Shown here one piece after another: positions 46,589 to 56,374 of a stretch of DNA of 64,000 bases. The stretch is taken from positions 30,964 to 94,963 of the forward strand of contig CAAFPE010000046.1 of NCBI GenBank assembly GCA_900764755.1, read 5' to 3'. A program made the translations under genes and the position numbers. Numbering within the stretch: position 1 is the first letter of the stretch; every line of letters starts with the position of its first letter. The notes beneath the pieces are model-generated. The model saw only the letters and a list, made by a program, of their open reading frames with translations, was not told where the DNA came from and did no database searches. This DNA comes from an uncultured Oscillospiraceae bacterium (GTDB taxonomy: Bacteria; Bacillota; Clostridia; Oscillospirales; Oscillospiraceae).

Positions 46589-47515
46589 TTACAACTCCAG
46601 TTCTGCCAGCCGCTTGGCGCAGCCGCGGTTCAACTCCTCAAAGATCTGGCGCAGAGGCTTGACCTCATGGAGCATTCCGGCCACCTGGCCGGCCATCAGG
46701 CTTCCAGTCTTGGTGTCGCCGTCAAAGACTGCCCGGCGCAGGCTGCCCAAGGTGTAGTGCTCCAGCTCCATCCGGTCGGCGCCAGCCTTCTCCCGGGCCA
46801 GATACTCCCGGGACATCTGGTTGCGCAGGATGCGCACCGGGGCGTCCACGGAACGGCCGGTGACCACCGTGTCGCGGTCCTTGGCCTTGAGCACGGCCTT
46901 CTTATAGTTCTCGTGGATGGGGCACTCCTCACTCACCAGCAGGCAGGTGCCCACCTGAGCGCCAATGGCGCCCAGGGCATAGGCGGCCAAAAGCTGCCGC
47001 CCGTCGGCAATGCCTCCGGCAGCGATGACGGGGATGCCCACCGCGTCCGCCACCTGGGGGACCAGGGCCATGGTGGTCAGCTCGCCCACATGGCCGCCGC
47101 TCTCGGTGCCCTCGGCGATGACTGCGTCCGCCCCGGCCCGGGCCACGACCTTGGCAAGGGCCACAGCAGGGACCACGGGGAACACCTTGGCGCCGGACTC
47201 CTTCCAGGCGGGGATGAACCGGGCGGGGTCGCCCGCGCCGGTGGTGACCACAGATACCTTTTCCTGGGCGGCAATGGCGGCCAGCTGCTCCACCTGGGGG
47301 TGCATCAGCATGATGTTGACGCCGAAGGGCTTATCTGTCAGCGTCCGGCAGCGGCGGATGCTGTCCTGAAAGACCTCGGGGCTCATGCCGCCCGCGCCGA
47401 TCAGGCCCAGTGCCCCGGCGTTGGACACTGCGGCGGCAAATTCAGCGGTGGCGATGTTGGCCATGCCGCCCTGGATAAAGGGAAACTCGATCCCAAGAAG
47501 TTCGTTCAATCTCAT
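46589..47515 (-). CDS. second NPD-family protein (FabK paralog / nitronate monooxygenase-like)
   Basis: FPFIQGGMANIATAEFAAAVSNAGALGLIG. Tandem with fabK. Confidence 0.8.
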   Translation of the reverse strand: MRLNELLGIEFPFIQGGMANIATAEFAAAVSNAGALGLIGAGGMSPEVFQDSIRRCRTLTDKPFGVNIMLMHPQVEQLAAIAAQEKVSVVTTGAGDPARFIPAWKESGAKVFPVVPAVALAKVVARAGADAVIAEGTESGGHVGELTTMALVPQVADAVGIPVIAAGGIADGRQLLAAYALGAIGAQVGTCLLVSEECPIHENYKKAVLKAKDRDTVVTGRSVDAPVRILRNQMSREYLAREKAGADRMELEHYTLGSLRRAVFDGDTKTGSLMAGQVAGMLHEVKPLRQIFEELNRGCAKRLAELEL

Positions 47516-47518
47516 TGT

Positions 47519-48478
47519 TTATTTCTCCTCCCTGGCCTGCCACTGGAACAGGGCTCCGCCCCAGGTCAGGCCTGCGCCGAAGCCCAGGCACATGATCCAC
47601 TGGCCCGGCTGGAGCAGGCCGCGCTCCGCCATCTCGTCCAGCGCGATGGGGATGGTGCCGGCAGACGTGTTGCCATATCGCTCGATGTTTTCATAAAAGC
47701 GGTCCAGCGGGACCTTCAGCCGCTTGGCCACAGACTCCACGATGCGGTGGTTGGCCTGGTGGGGTACATACCAGTCCACCTGATCCTTGTCCAGACCAGC
47801 CTGATCCAGCAGCTCCCGGGCCAGCCTGGGGACAGTCTCCAGCGCGAACTTAAAGACCTCCTGACCGTTCATGTGGAGATAGGGATGCTCCACCTGGCCG
47901 GGACCGGGGGCCCACAGGACCTCGCGGCAGCCGCGGGCGCCCAGTCTGGCGAACCAGGGGGCGTTGGGGTCAGCCTTGACCACCGCAGCGCCGACGCCGT
48001 CACCGAAGATGATGCAGGTGGAGCGGTCGTCCATGTCGGTGATCCGGCTGAGCAGTTCGCCGCCCACCAGCAGGGCGTATGGCCGGGCCATCCGGGGCAG
48101 CAGGGCGGCGGAGGTCTCCATGGCGTAGAGAAATCCGGTGCAGCCGGCGCTCAGGTCAAAGGCAGGGCAGTCCTCCGGCAGGTGCAGCTCCTGGTGGATC
48201 AGGCAGGCCTGGGAGGGGGTGGCGCAGTCAGGGGATACAGTGGCAGTCAGGCACAGACCCAGCTCCTGGGGGGAGACGCCCGCCCGCTCCAGGGCGGTGC
48301 GGGCGGCCTCTACGGCCAGCTGAGTCAAGGTCTCGTGGGTGGCGAAGCGGCGCTCCCGGATGCCGGTTCGGCTGACGATCCACGCGTCGTTGGTCTCTAC
48401 CCGGAGGGCCAGGTCATCGTTTGTGACGATGTTCGCCGGCAGGGCCCGGCCGGTGCCGAGGATGTGCAGTCCATTCAT
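47519..48478 (-). CDS. fabH: 3-oxoacyl-ACP synthase III FabH
   Basis: ILGTGRALP N-terminus, active-site Cys (DLSAGCTGFLYA) and C-terminal WGGALF. Confidence 0.9.
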   Translation of the reverse strand: MNGLHILGTGRALPANIVTNDDLALRVETNDAWIVSRTGIRERRFATHETLTQLAVEAARTALERAGVSPQELGLCLTATVSPDCATPSQACLIHQELHLPEDCPAFDLSAGCTGFLYAMETSAALLPRMARPYALLVGGELLSRITDMDDRSTCIIFGDGVGAAVVKADPNAPWFARLGARGCREVLWAPGPGQVEHPYLHMNGQEVFKFALETVPRLARELLDQAGLDKDQVDWYVPHQANHRIVESVAKRLKVPLDRFYENIERYGNTSAGTIPIALDEMAERGLLQPGQWIMCLGFGAGLTWGGALFQWQAREEK

Positions 48479-49284
48479 GTTTCGGTCTCCTCCAGGACCG
48501 CGCCCATGGCGCGGAATTTCTGATAGCGGTGGGCGGCCAGGTCCTTTTCCCGCAGAAGCTGGCCCAGATGCCGGGTCAGGGCCCGGTCTACTGCGGCGAA
48601 CACCGCCTTGGGGTCGTTGTGGGCGCCGCCCTCCGGCTCGGGGATCACCTGGTCGGCCACCCCGAGGTGCAGCAGGTCGGCGGCGGTGAGTTTCATGACT
48701 CCGGCGGCCTCATCGGCCCGGCCGGCGTCCTTCCACAGGATGGAGGCGAAGCCCTCGGGGGAGAGGACGGAGTACACCGCATTCTCCAGCAGGAGGACCC
48801 GGTTGCCCACCGCCAGGGCCAGCGCCCCGCCGCTGCCCCCCTCGCCGATGACCACGGAGATCACCGGCACAGTGAGGGAGCTCATCAGGGCCAAGGAGGA
48901 GGCGATGGCCTCGGCCTGGCCCTCCGCCTCTGCCTCCAGGCCGGGGTAGGCGCCCGGCGTGTCGATGAAGGTGAAGATGGGGCGGCCGAACTTATCCGCC
49001 TGGCGCATGAGGCGCTGGGCCTTGCGGTAGCCCTCGGGGCTGGGCATCCCAAAGTTGCAACGCATATTCTCCTCAAAGGTGCGCCCCTTCCGGTGGCCCA
49101 GCACGGTGACCGGCCGGCCGTGAAAACGGGCGATGGCTCCGAAGATACTGGGGTCCTCCCGGTGGAGCCGGTCTCCCTTGCAGACAAATACGTCGGTGAA
49201 CAGGGCGTTGACAAAATCCAGTGTCCCGGGACGGCCCGGGGTGCGGGCGATCTTCACCCGCTGGGCCGCAGTCAATTCGCTCAT
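48475..49284 (-). CDS. accA: acetyl-CoA carboxylase carboxyltransferase alpha subunit AccA
   Basis: FIDTPGAYPG motif. Overlaps the accD stop. Confidence 0.9.
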   Translation of the reverse strand: MSELTAAQRVKIARTPGRPGTLDFVNALFTDVFVCKGDRLHREDPSIFGAIARFHGRPVTVLGHRKGRTFEENMRCNFGMPSPEGYRKAQRLMRQADKFGRPIFTFIDTPGAYPGLEAEAEGQAEAIASSLALMSSLTVPVISVVIGEGGSGGALALAVGNRVLLLENAVYSVLSPEGFASILWKDAGRADEAAGVMKLTAADLLHLGVADQVIPEPEGGAHNDPKAVFAAVDRALTRHLGQLLREKDLAAHRYQKFRAMGAVLEETET

Positions 49285-50165
49285 CGGTGCAGGACCCCCT
49301 TTCGATGGAGAGCCAGCAGCTGGGCCAGCGTGTCCCGCAGCTGCCCGCGGGGGACAATCTGATCCACAAAGCCGTGCTCTGCCAAATATTCCGCCCTCTG
49401 AAAGCCATCGGGCAGCTCCTGGCCGATGGTCTGCCGGATGACCCGGGGGCCGGCAAAGCCGATGAGGGCGCCGGGCTCGGCCAGAGTGACATCGCCCAGC
49501 GAGGCGAAGCTGGCGGTGACGCCGCCGGTGGTGGGATGAGTAAAGACCGAGATGTACAGGCCGCCGGCGTCGGAGAAGCGGCGGATGGCGGCGCTGGTCT
49601 TGGCCATCTGCATCAGGGAGAGGATCCCCTCCTGCATCCGGGCCCCTCCGCTGGCGGAGAAGATGATCAGGGGGAGGCGGTGCTTCTGGGCGTACTCCGC
49701 CGCCCGGGTGATCTTCTCGCCTACGGCCACTCCCATGCTGCCCATGAAAAAGCGGCTGTCCAGCACCGCGAACACGGCGCTGATCCCGTCCAGCTTGCCG
49801 ACAGCGGCCACCACAGCGTCACACAGGGCGGTCTTTTCCCGCTGGGCGGCCAGTTTATCCTCATAGCCCGGGAACTCCAGGGCGTTGGGGGCGGTAAGGC
49901 CGGGCCAGAGCTCCCGGAAGGTGAAGGGGTCCAGCAGCAGGGACAGCCGCAGATAGGCCCCGATGGGCAGATGATAGCCGCAGTGGGGGCAGACATATTC
50001 AGAGCGGACCAGGTCCTGGTTGGCGCACTCCGCGCCGCAGCCGGGGCAGGTCTGGCTGCCGCTGGGCGGGACCGCGGAGCGGCGGGCGGCGGCCTCGACG
50101 GCCTCCTCCCGCTGCCGGCGCAGCCGGTCCAGCCGGTCCCGGCGGGAACGAAACAGTGGCTGCAT
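49281..50165 (-). CDS. accD: acetyl-CoA carboxylase carboxyltransferase beta subunit AccD
   Basis: N-terminal zinc ribbon (CPGCG...CPHCG) and CT-beta domain. Confidence 0.9.
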   Translation of the reverse strand: MQPLFRSRRDRLDRLRRQREEAVEAAARRSAVPPSGSQTCPGCGAECANQDLVRSEYVCPHCGYHLPIGAYLRLSLLLDPFTFRELWPGLTAPNALEFPGYEDKLAAQREKTALCDAVVAAVGKLDGISAVFAVLDSRFFMGSMGVAVGEKITRAAEYAQKHRLPLIIFSASGGARMQEGILSLMQMAKTSAAIRRFSDAGGLYISVFTHPTTGGVTASFASLGDVTLAEPGALIGFAGPRVIRQTIGQELPDGFQRAEYLAEHGFVDQIVPRGQLRDTLAQLLALHRKGVLHR

Positions 50166-50166
50166 A

Positions 50167-51534
50167 TTACTCCTCCTTCTCCCAGTTCAGAAGCTCCTCC
50201 TGATGGGCGGCCAGAAAACCAGTGTCGTACTGCCCCTTGATAAAGTCGGGGTGGTGCAGGATCAGGTGGCAGAAGTCGGCGGTGGTGGGATAGCCCTGAA
50301 TGACCAGCTCCTCCAGCGCCCGGCGCATCCGGCGGATGGCCTCCAGGCGGGTGGGGGCGTGGACGATGATCTTGGCTACCAGAGAGTCGTAGTAGGGGGA
50401 GACAGCGTAGCCGTTATAGAGCAGGGAGTCCACCCGCACGCCGGGACCGCCGGGGAGATGCAGGAACTCCGTGGTCCCTGGGCAGGGACGGAAGTTGGCT
50501 GCGGCATCTTCAGCATTGACCCGGCACTCGATGGCGTGCCCGGTGAGGGATACCTCTTCCTGAGTGAGGGAGAGGGGCAGGCCGGCGGCAATGCGCAGCT
50601 GCTCCCGCACCAGATCCAGGCCGGTGACCATCTCGGTGACCGGGTGCTCTACCTGGATGCGGGTGTTCATCTCGATGAAATAGAACTTCCCCTCCTGGTC
50701 CAGCACGAACTCGATGGTGCCCGCGTTCTCATAGCCTGCGGCCCGGGCGGCGGCCGCTGCTGCCGCGCCCATCGCCTCCCGCAGCTGGGGGGAGAGGGCC
50801 TTGGAGGGGGATTCCTCCACCAGCTTCTGATTTTTGCGCTGGATGGAACAGTCCCGCTCCCCCAGGTGGATCACAGCTCCGTGGCGGTCGGCCAGGATCT
50901 GAAATTCGATGTGCTTGGGATTCAGGATGAGCTTCTCCAGATAGAGCTGTCCATCGCCGAAGCAGGCCAGGGCTTCCGCCCTGGCCTCCTCGAATTTGGC
51001 GACTAGCTCCTCAGGCCGGTCAACCCGGCGCATTCCGCGGCCGCCGCCGCCGGCACTGGCCTTCACCAGCACCGGGTAGCCGATGGACTCTGCCACAGCC
51101 TGGGCCTCCTGGGCGGTGGCAACCGGACCGTCGGAGCCGGGGACCACAGGGACACCGTGGGACTGCATCAGGGCCCGGGCGGCCGCTTTGTTGCCCATGG
51201 TCCGGATCACATCCCCGGAGGGGCCAATGAAGGTCAGCCCCAGGTCGGCGCACCGCTGGGCAAATTCCGCGTTTTCAGAGAGAAAGCCGTAGCCGGGATG
51301 CAGGGCGTCGCATCCGGTCTGGCGGGCCACTGTCAGCAGGGCGTCCACATTCAAATAGCTGTCTGCGGCCTTGGCCGGACCGATGCAGACGGCCTGGGTG
51401 GCCAGCTGGACATGGAGGGCGTCTGCGTCGGCGGCGGAGTACACCGCCACTGTGTCCACCCCCAGCTCCCGGCAGGCCCGGAGGATCCGTACCGCGATCT
51501 CGCCGCGGTTGGCGATCAATACACGCTGAAACAT
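50167..51534 (-). CDS. accC: biotin carboxylase AccC
   Basis: RVLIANRGEIAVRI N-terminus and ATP-grasp domain. Confidence 0.9.
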   Translation of the reverse strand: MFQRVLIANRGEIAVRILRACRELGVDTVAVYSAADADALHVQLATQAVCIGPAKAADSYLNVDALLTVARQTGCDALHPGYGFLSENAEFAQRCADLGLTFIGPSGDVIRTMGNKAAARALMQSHGVPVVPGSDGPVATAQEAQAVAESIGYPVLVKASAGGGGRGMRRVDRPEELVAKFEEARAEALACFGDGQLYLEKLILNPKHIEFQILADRHGAVIHLGERDCSIQRKNQKLVEESPSKALSPQLREAMGAAAAAAARAAGYENAGTIEFVLDQEGKFYFIEMNTRIQVEHPVTEMVTGLDLVREQLRIAAGLPLSLTQEEVSLTGHAIECRVNAEDAAANFRPCPGTTEFLHLPGGPGVRVDSLLYNGYAVSPYYDSLVAKIIVHAPTRLEAIRRMRRALEELVIQGYPTTADFCHLILHHPDFIKGQYDTGFLAAHQEELLNWEKEE

Positions 51535-51537
51535 CGC

Positions 51538-51987
51538 TTAAAGCCTCCGGACCCGGAACAGGGGGGCGTCAAAGCCCGCCAGACTCCCGTTATCCATCAG
51601 AACTTCCTCGATCACGCAGTCCATAGGGGCGGGGATCTCGCTCATCATCTTCATGGCCTCCAGGATGCACACCGTCTGGCCCTTCCTGACCTGATCCCCC
51701 GCCTTCACAAAGGGGGCGGAGTCCGGTCCGGAGGCGGCGTAGAAGGTGCCCACCAGGGGGGCCTTGATGTACTCAGCCCTGTCCTCCTGGGCGGCCTGGT
51801 CAGCGGGAGGGGCGGAAAGGACGGGGGGCGCGGCAGGGATGGGAGCGGCCGCCGCCGGGGCGGCGGTCACAGTCCGGTCCAGCTTGAGCCGGGTCCCGTT
51901 CTGCTCCAGCTCCAGTCCAGTGAGAGAAGAGCGCTCAAAGCGCTCCATCAGGGCATAAATGGATTCCAGATCCATGGGAACAGTCAC
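51538..51987 (-). CDS. accB: biotin carboxyl carrier protein AccB
   Basis: Biotinyl-lysine motif EAMKMM. The Pro/Ala-rich linker is present. Confidence 0.85.
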   Translation of the reverse strand: MTVPMDLESIYALMERFERSSLTGLELEQNGTRLKLDRTVTAAPAAAAPIPAAPPVLSAPPADQAAQEDRAEYIKAPLVGTFYAASGPDSAPFVKAGDQVRKGQTVCILEAMKMMSEIPAPMDCVIEEVLMDNGSLAGFDAPLFRVRRL

Positions 51988-52001
51988 CTCTCGCGTTGAA
52001 A

Positions 52002-52229
52002 TCAGGCCTCCTTGGCCTCCAGATAGCGGACGATGTCGCCCACGGTCTTCATGTTGGGGCGGTCCTCATCGGCGATGGACAGACCCAGCTGCTCCTCCAG
52101 AGCGATGTTCAGCTCTACGGCGTCCAGGGAATCGGCGCCCAGATCCTCGGTCAGGGTGGCCTCCATGGTCACGTCCTCCAGCTCACAGCTCAGGGTGTCA
52201 ACAATAATATCGCGTACTTTCTCAAACAT
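52002..52229 (-). CDS. acpP: acyl carrier protein AcpP
   Basis: 75 aa with the LGADSLD phosphopantetheine attachment motif. Confidence 0.9.
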   Translation of the reverse strand: MFEKVRDIIVDTLSCELEDVTMEATLTEDLGADSLDAVELNIALEEQLGLSIADEDRPNMKTVGDIVRYLEAKEA

Positions 52230-52270
52230 GGGAATGCTCCTCTCATTTTCGACATAATTTGTTCAAATAT

Positions 52271-52294
52271 TTTAGTTAAACTTTTTTAACTAAA
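52271..52294. promoter_or_regulatory. perfect palindrome TTTAGTTAAA-cttt-TTTAACTAAA immediately upstream of acpP (candidate operator for the fab operon)
   Basis: 10-bp arms, 4-bp spacer, 42-65 nt upstream of the acpP start. A TACAAT-like element (rc of 52308-52313) sits just upstream on the coding strand. Confidence 0.4.
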
Positions 52295-52420
52295 AATATT
52301 TAAGCGTATTGTACCAGCTTTCCGGAGAAAGTCAATGGGGATTTTCTACAAATTGGAACGGGAGAGAGGGTTCGGATTTGGAATCTACCGGGGAGGATAG
52401 ACGGGATAACGGGAACGAAA

Positions 52421-52465
52421 AGCATAAAAAAGTTGTGCAGAACCTAAAAAAAGACTCTGCACAAC
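52421..52465 (-). terminator. rho-independent terminator downstream of the response-regulator gene
   Basis: GTTGTGCAGA-(14)-TCTGCACAAC forms a 10-bp stem. On the minus strand TTTTTTATGCTTTT follows. Confidence 0.6.
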
Positions 52466-52508
52466 ATTTGTTTCATAAAATATTCGGGAGATACAAGTCT
52501 GGAGAAGG

Positions 52509-53213
52509 TCAGTCCTCCAGCATCCGGTAGCCGATGCCCAGCTCTGTCAGGACATACTTGGGTTCAGAGGGGTTTTCCTTCAGCTTCCGACGGATATTGG
52601 CCATGTTGACCCGGAGGATCTGGTTGCTGCTGCTGCCATAGGGGCCCCATACGTGCGCCTGGATAAAGTCATAGGTCAGGACCTTTCCGGCGTGGATGCA
52701 CAGCAGTTCCAGGATCTTGAACTCGTTTTGGGTGAAGTGGACCTCCCCGCCATCCAGCAGGACCTGGTGCTTGGCAATGTCCACCGTCAGATCCTTGATG
52801 TGGTAGACATCCTTCTGGGAGCCGCGGCTCAGCTTCAGCCGGTCGGCCCGGCGCAGGGTGGTGCGGATGCGGGCCAACAGCTCCGGGACGCCGAAGGGCT
52901 TCACGATATAGTCATCTGCCCCCATGTCCAGGGCCTTCACCTTTTCCGACTCCCGGTCCCGGGCGGAGATGATAATGACAGGGGTCTCCTGGGGCAGGCC
53001 GCTGAGCTCGCGCAGTACCTCGATCCCGTCCATATCCGGCAGACCGAGGTCCAGCAGGACCAGGTCCGGTCCGTGGGAGAAGTAGAGAGACAGGCCCTCT
53101 TTCCCGGTAAAGGCAGGAATAGGCTTGTAGTCGTTAGCGCTCAGGGCGCGGCAGATAAAGTTGCTGATGGTATGCTCATCCTCAATGACCAGGATCACAC
53201 GTTTTTCATTCAT
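52509..53213 (-). CDS. OmpR/KdpE-family response regulator
   Basis: REC domain (VILVIEDEH...LLDLGLPDMDG) and winged-helix domain (VLTELGIGYRM). ATG at 53213. Confidence 0.85.
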   Translation of the reverse strand: MNEKRVILVIEDEHTISNFICRALSANDYKPIPAFTGKEGLSLYFSHGPDLVLLDLGLPDMDGIEVLRELSGLPQETPVIIISARDRESEKVKALDMGADDYIVKPFGVPELLARIRTTLRRADRLKLSRGSQKDVYHIKDLTVDIAKHQVLLDGGEVHFTQNEFKILELLCIHAGKVLTYDFIQAHVWGPYGSSSNQILRVNMANIRRKLKENPSEPKYVLTELGIGYRMLED

Positions 53214-54387
53214 CTTTGATCTCCTCCATAGGAAGGCCGAAGCGGAACACGGCTCCACCCCCTGGATCATTTCCGGCGGCGAAGAAGCCGTTGTGGGCCT
53301 TGATGATGCTCTGGCAGACGGACAGGCCGATCCCAATGCCCCGGGACGAATCGCCGGAGAGGTTGTCGGTGAGCTGCTGTCCGCTCTGTACGGCGCGGCT
53401 GACCTCTGGGGAGATGCCATGCCCCCGGTCACGCACCTCCACCACCGCCCAGTCGTCCTGTCGGAAGAGGTGCAGCTGGATGTGCTCCCGATCCCCTGAA
53501 TGGCGGATGGCGTTTTCCAGCAGGTTGACGATCACCTGCTTGATGAGCATGGGCTCCATGGGCAGATAAAGGATGTCCTCCGACAGGTTCAGGGCGATGG
53601 GAAAGTCGGGAAAGCGGCGGCGGATGGTGATGAGGGCGTCGCCGGCCACCTCCTCCAGCATCTCCTCCTGCTTGTTCAGCGGCATGGTGCCGTCCCGGAT
53701 CTTGGTGATAGACAGCAGGTTCTCTACCATGGCGATCAGGGCATCGGCATCACTTTTGATGTCCTGGACCAGGGAGAGATTCTTTTCTGATTGGGCAATC
53801 TCCTCACTGGAGAGGAGGACGGAGGCCGCGCCGGAGATAGCGGTGAGAGGGGTGCGCAGATCATGGGAGACCGCCCGGAGGATGTTGCCGCGGATGGTTT
53901 CCCGGGCGGCCTCCAGCTGAATGGCGGATTTTTCTTCATTCAGCTTGGCGTTGAGTTCATACAGAGCCTTGGTATCCTGCTCCCGCTTCATGGCCTCCAT
54001 GGCCTGGAGTTTGATCCGGGAGGTGAGGGCACAGACTATGCCGGAAATAAGGGTCATGCTGACCATAGCCACCGGATAGCCGCTGTAACTAAGGGAAAAG
54101 GCGCGGTAGGGGTACATGAAAAAATAGTTGATGCAGAAGGCGCCCACCAGCGAGGCGGCCAGCCCATAAAGGTATCCCTCGGTCAGCAGGGAGATGAACA
54201 TGACCGACAAGACAAAGACCAGAGCGGAATTGTTCTCTGCTCCAGTATGTCCGATCAGGGCATTACTGACCAGATAAGCGGCGCATAGAAACAGCAGGGT
54301 GGTAAAAAGATTGCGGGGCAGGGGTGGGAGGAAGCGCGTGACACGGAGATACCAGTGATACAGCCGGATCAGGGGATTGAACGACAT
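53206..54387 (-). CDS. membrane sensor histidine kinase (multi-TM N-domain, HisKA, HATPase_c), possibly a KdpD-like truncated sensor
   Basis: H-box (AVSHDLRTPLTAI), N-box (NLLENAIRHS) and G-boxes (DRGHGI, GIGIGLSV). ATG at 54387 after AGAGGGAA. The kinase gene precedes the regulator gene. Confidence 0.75.
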   Translation of the reverse strand: MSFNPLIRLYHWYLRVTRFLPPLPRNLFTTLLFLCAAYLVSNALIGHTGAENNSALVFVLSVMFISLLTEGYLYGLAASLVGAFCINYFFMYPYRAFSLSYSGYPVAMVSMTLISGIVCALTSRIKLQAMEAMKREQDTKALYELNAKLNEEKSAIQLEAARETIRGNILRAVSHDLRTPLTAISGAASVLLSSEEIAQSEKNLSLVQDIKSDADALIAMVENLLSITKIRDGTMPLNKQEEMLEEVAGDALITIRRRFPDFPIALNLSEDILYLPMEPMLIKQVIVNLLENAIRHSGDREHIQLHLFRQDDWAVVEVRDRGHGISPEVSRAVQSGQQLTDNLSGDSSRGIGIGLSVCQSIIKAHNGFFAAGNDPGGGAVFRFGLPMEEIKDE

Positions 54388-54587
54388 AGATGGTTCCCTC
54401 TTTCTGGGTATGGTTTGGCGAGGAACACCTGGGGACGGGCGGTGGACGCTGTCCCCAGCAGGGAAGCGGCCAGCCTGTGGAATATTTCTATTATAGCAGA
54501 AACCGAAAAGACCGTAAAGGGAGGAGAAAAAAGTCTTACCCAGGGGGTAGGGGGGACCATGGAGAGCGGGAAAAATCGAATAAGACC

Positions 54588-54617
54588 TTGCATCTATGCC
54601 TCGGTTTGGTGTAGAAT
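54588..54617 (+). promoter_or_regulatory. candidate sigma-A promoter for glnS (TTGCAT-N18-TAGAAT)
   Basis: The -35 TTGCAT is at 54588-54593 and the -10 TAGAAT at 54612-54617, about 45 nt upstream of the glnS ATG. No T-box features were recognised. Confidence 0.3.
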
Positions 54618-54661
54618 AACATGGTATTATCTTGTTATAAAGGAGACGAGGAGGGATCATC

Positions 54662-56374
54662 ATGGCTGAAGAACGGATCAATGGCGCCCCCGCCGCGGAG
54701 GGCCCGGCTCCCAGCCAGAATTTTATCCATGAGTTTATTGCGGAGGACATTGCCCCCGGCGGACGGTGCGCCGGGATGCAGGTCCACACCCGTTTCCCGC
54801 CGGAGCCCAACGGCTATCTGCACATCGGGCACTGCAAGGCGCTGATCATCGACTTTGGCTCTGCGGAGAAGTTCGGCGGCATCTGCAACCTGCGGATGGA
54901 CGACACCAACCCTGCCAAGGAGGACACCGAGTTTGTTGAGGCCATCCAGGAGGACATCCACTGGCTGGGCTTCGACTGGGGCGACCGCTTTTTCTATGGC
55001 AGCGACTATTTTGATAAGACCTATGAGCTGGCGGTGGGCCTCATCAAAAAGGGCTTGGCCTATGTGTGTGAGCTGACTCCGGAGCAGTTCAAGGAGTACC
55101 GGGGCGATGTGAACACCCCCGCCCGCTCTCCCTGGCGGGACCGCCCCATTGAGGAGTCTCTGGACCTGTTCCAGCGCATGAAGAACGGGGAGTTTCCCGA
55201 GGGCAGGTATACCCTTCGAGCCAAGATCGACCTGGCCAGTGGAAACTTCAATATGAGGGACCCGGTGCTCTACCGCATCCGGTATATCGAGCATCACCGC
55301 CAGGGCACCAAGTGGTGCATTTTCCCCATGTACGACTTTGCCCACCCCATCCAGGACGCCCTGGAGGGCATCACTCACTCCCTCTGCTCCCTGGAGTACG
55401 AGGACCACCGGCCCCTGTATGACTGGGTCATCAACAACACCGACGTGCCCAGCAAGCCACGGCAGATCGAGTTTGCCCGTCTTGGCATCAACTACACCGT
55501 CATGTCCAAGCGGAAGCTGCGCAAGCTGGTGGAGGAGCATTATGTCTCCGGCTGGGATGACCCCCGTATGCCCACCCTGTGCGGCTTGCGCCGCCGGGGC
55601 TATACCCCCGCCTCCATCCGGAACTTCTGTGACCGGATCGGTGTGGCAAAGAACCCCTCCACGGTGGAGTACGGCTTCCTGGAGCACTGCCTCCGGGAGG
55701 ACCTGAACGAGCACGCCCAGCGGGCTATGGCGGTGCTGCGCCCCATCAAGCTGACCATCACCAACTACCCAGAGGGGGAGAATGAGATGGTGGAGGTGGA
55801 GAACAACCCCAACGACCCCGATGCCGGCACCCGCCCGGTCTCCTTCTCCAAGCATCTGTATATTGAGCAGGATGACTTTTTGGAGACACCCATCCCCAAG
55901 TATAAGCGTCTGTATCCCGCCGGCCCCGAGTGCCGCCTAAAGGGCGCTTACTTGATTAAGTGCACCGGCTGTGTCAAGGACGAGGCAGGCAATGTGGTAG
56001 AGGTCCTGGCGGAGTACGATCCGGACTCCCGTGGGGGCAATCCCGCCGACGGCCGCAAGGTGAAGGGGGCTACCATCCACTGGGTGGACGCCGCTGCTGC
56101 GGTGGATGCTCAGGTGCGCCTGTACGACAACCTCTTTGCTGATGAGGCCCCTGACGCCGGGGACAAGAACTTCCTGGACTGCCTGAATCCCAACTCCCTG
56201 GAGGTGCTGGAGGGCTGTAAGCTGGAGGCCTCTCTGGCTCAGGCCCAGGCGCCGGCCCAGTATCAGTTCCTCCGCCTGGGCTACTTCTGTGTGGACAGCA
56301 AGGATTCCAAGCCCGGGGCCCTGGTGTTCAACCGGGCGGTCAGCTTGAAGGACAGCTTCAAGCCCGGCAAATAA
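54662..56374 (+). CDS. glnS: glutaminyl-tRNA synthetase GlnS
   Basis: HIGH motif (PNGYLHIGHCKA), KMSKS motif (VMSKRK) and a class I Gln/Glu-RS core with the GlnRS-type C-terminal anticodon-binding domains. Confidence 0.9.
   Translation: MAEERINGAPAAEGPAPSQNFIHEFIAEDIAPGGRCAGMQVHTRFPPEPNGYLHIGHCKALIIDFGSAEKFGGICNLRMDDTNPAKEDTEFVEAIQEDIHWLGFDWGDRFFYGSDYFDKTYELAVGLIKKGLAYVCELTPEQFKEYRGDVNTPARSPWRDRPIEESLDLFQRMKNGEFPEGRYTLRAKIDLASGNFNMRDPVLYRIRYIEHHRQGTKWCIFPMYDFAHPIQDALEGITHSLCSLEYEDHRPLYDWVINNTDVPSKPRQIEFARLGINYTVMSKRKLRKLVEEHYVSGWDDPRMPTLCGLRRRGYTPASIRNFCDRIGVAKNPSTVEYGFLEHCLREDLNEHAQRAMAVLRPIKLTITNYPEGENEMVEVENNPNDPDAGTRPVSFSKHLYIEQDDFLETPIPKYKRLYPAGPECRLKGAYLIKCTGCVKDEAGNVVEVLAEYDPDSRGGNPADGRKVKGATIHWVDAAAAVDAQVRLYDNLFADEAPDAGDKNFLDCLNPNSLEVLEGCKLEASLAQAQAPAQYQFLRLGYFCVDSKDSKPGALVFNRAVSLKDSFKPGK

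Noticed and set aside
54400-54661. Possible T-box leader upstream of glnS
   Set aside because: The leader is too short (about 45 nt from the putative -10 to the ATG). No T-box motif (AATTAGGGTGGTACCGCG-like) or specifier/antiterminator structure is visible.
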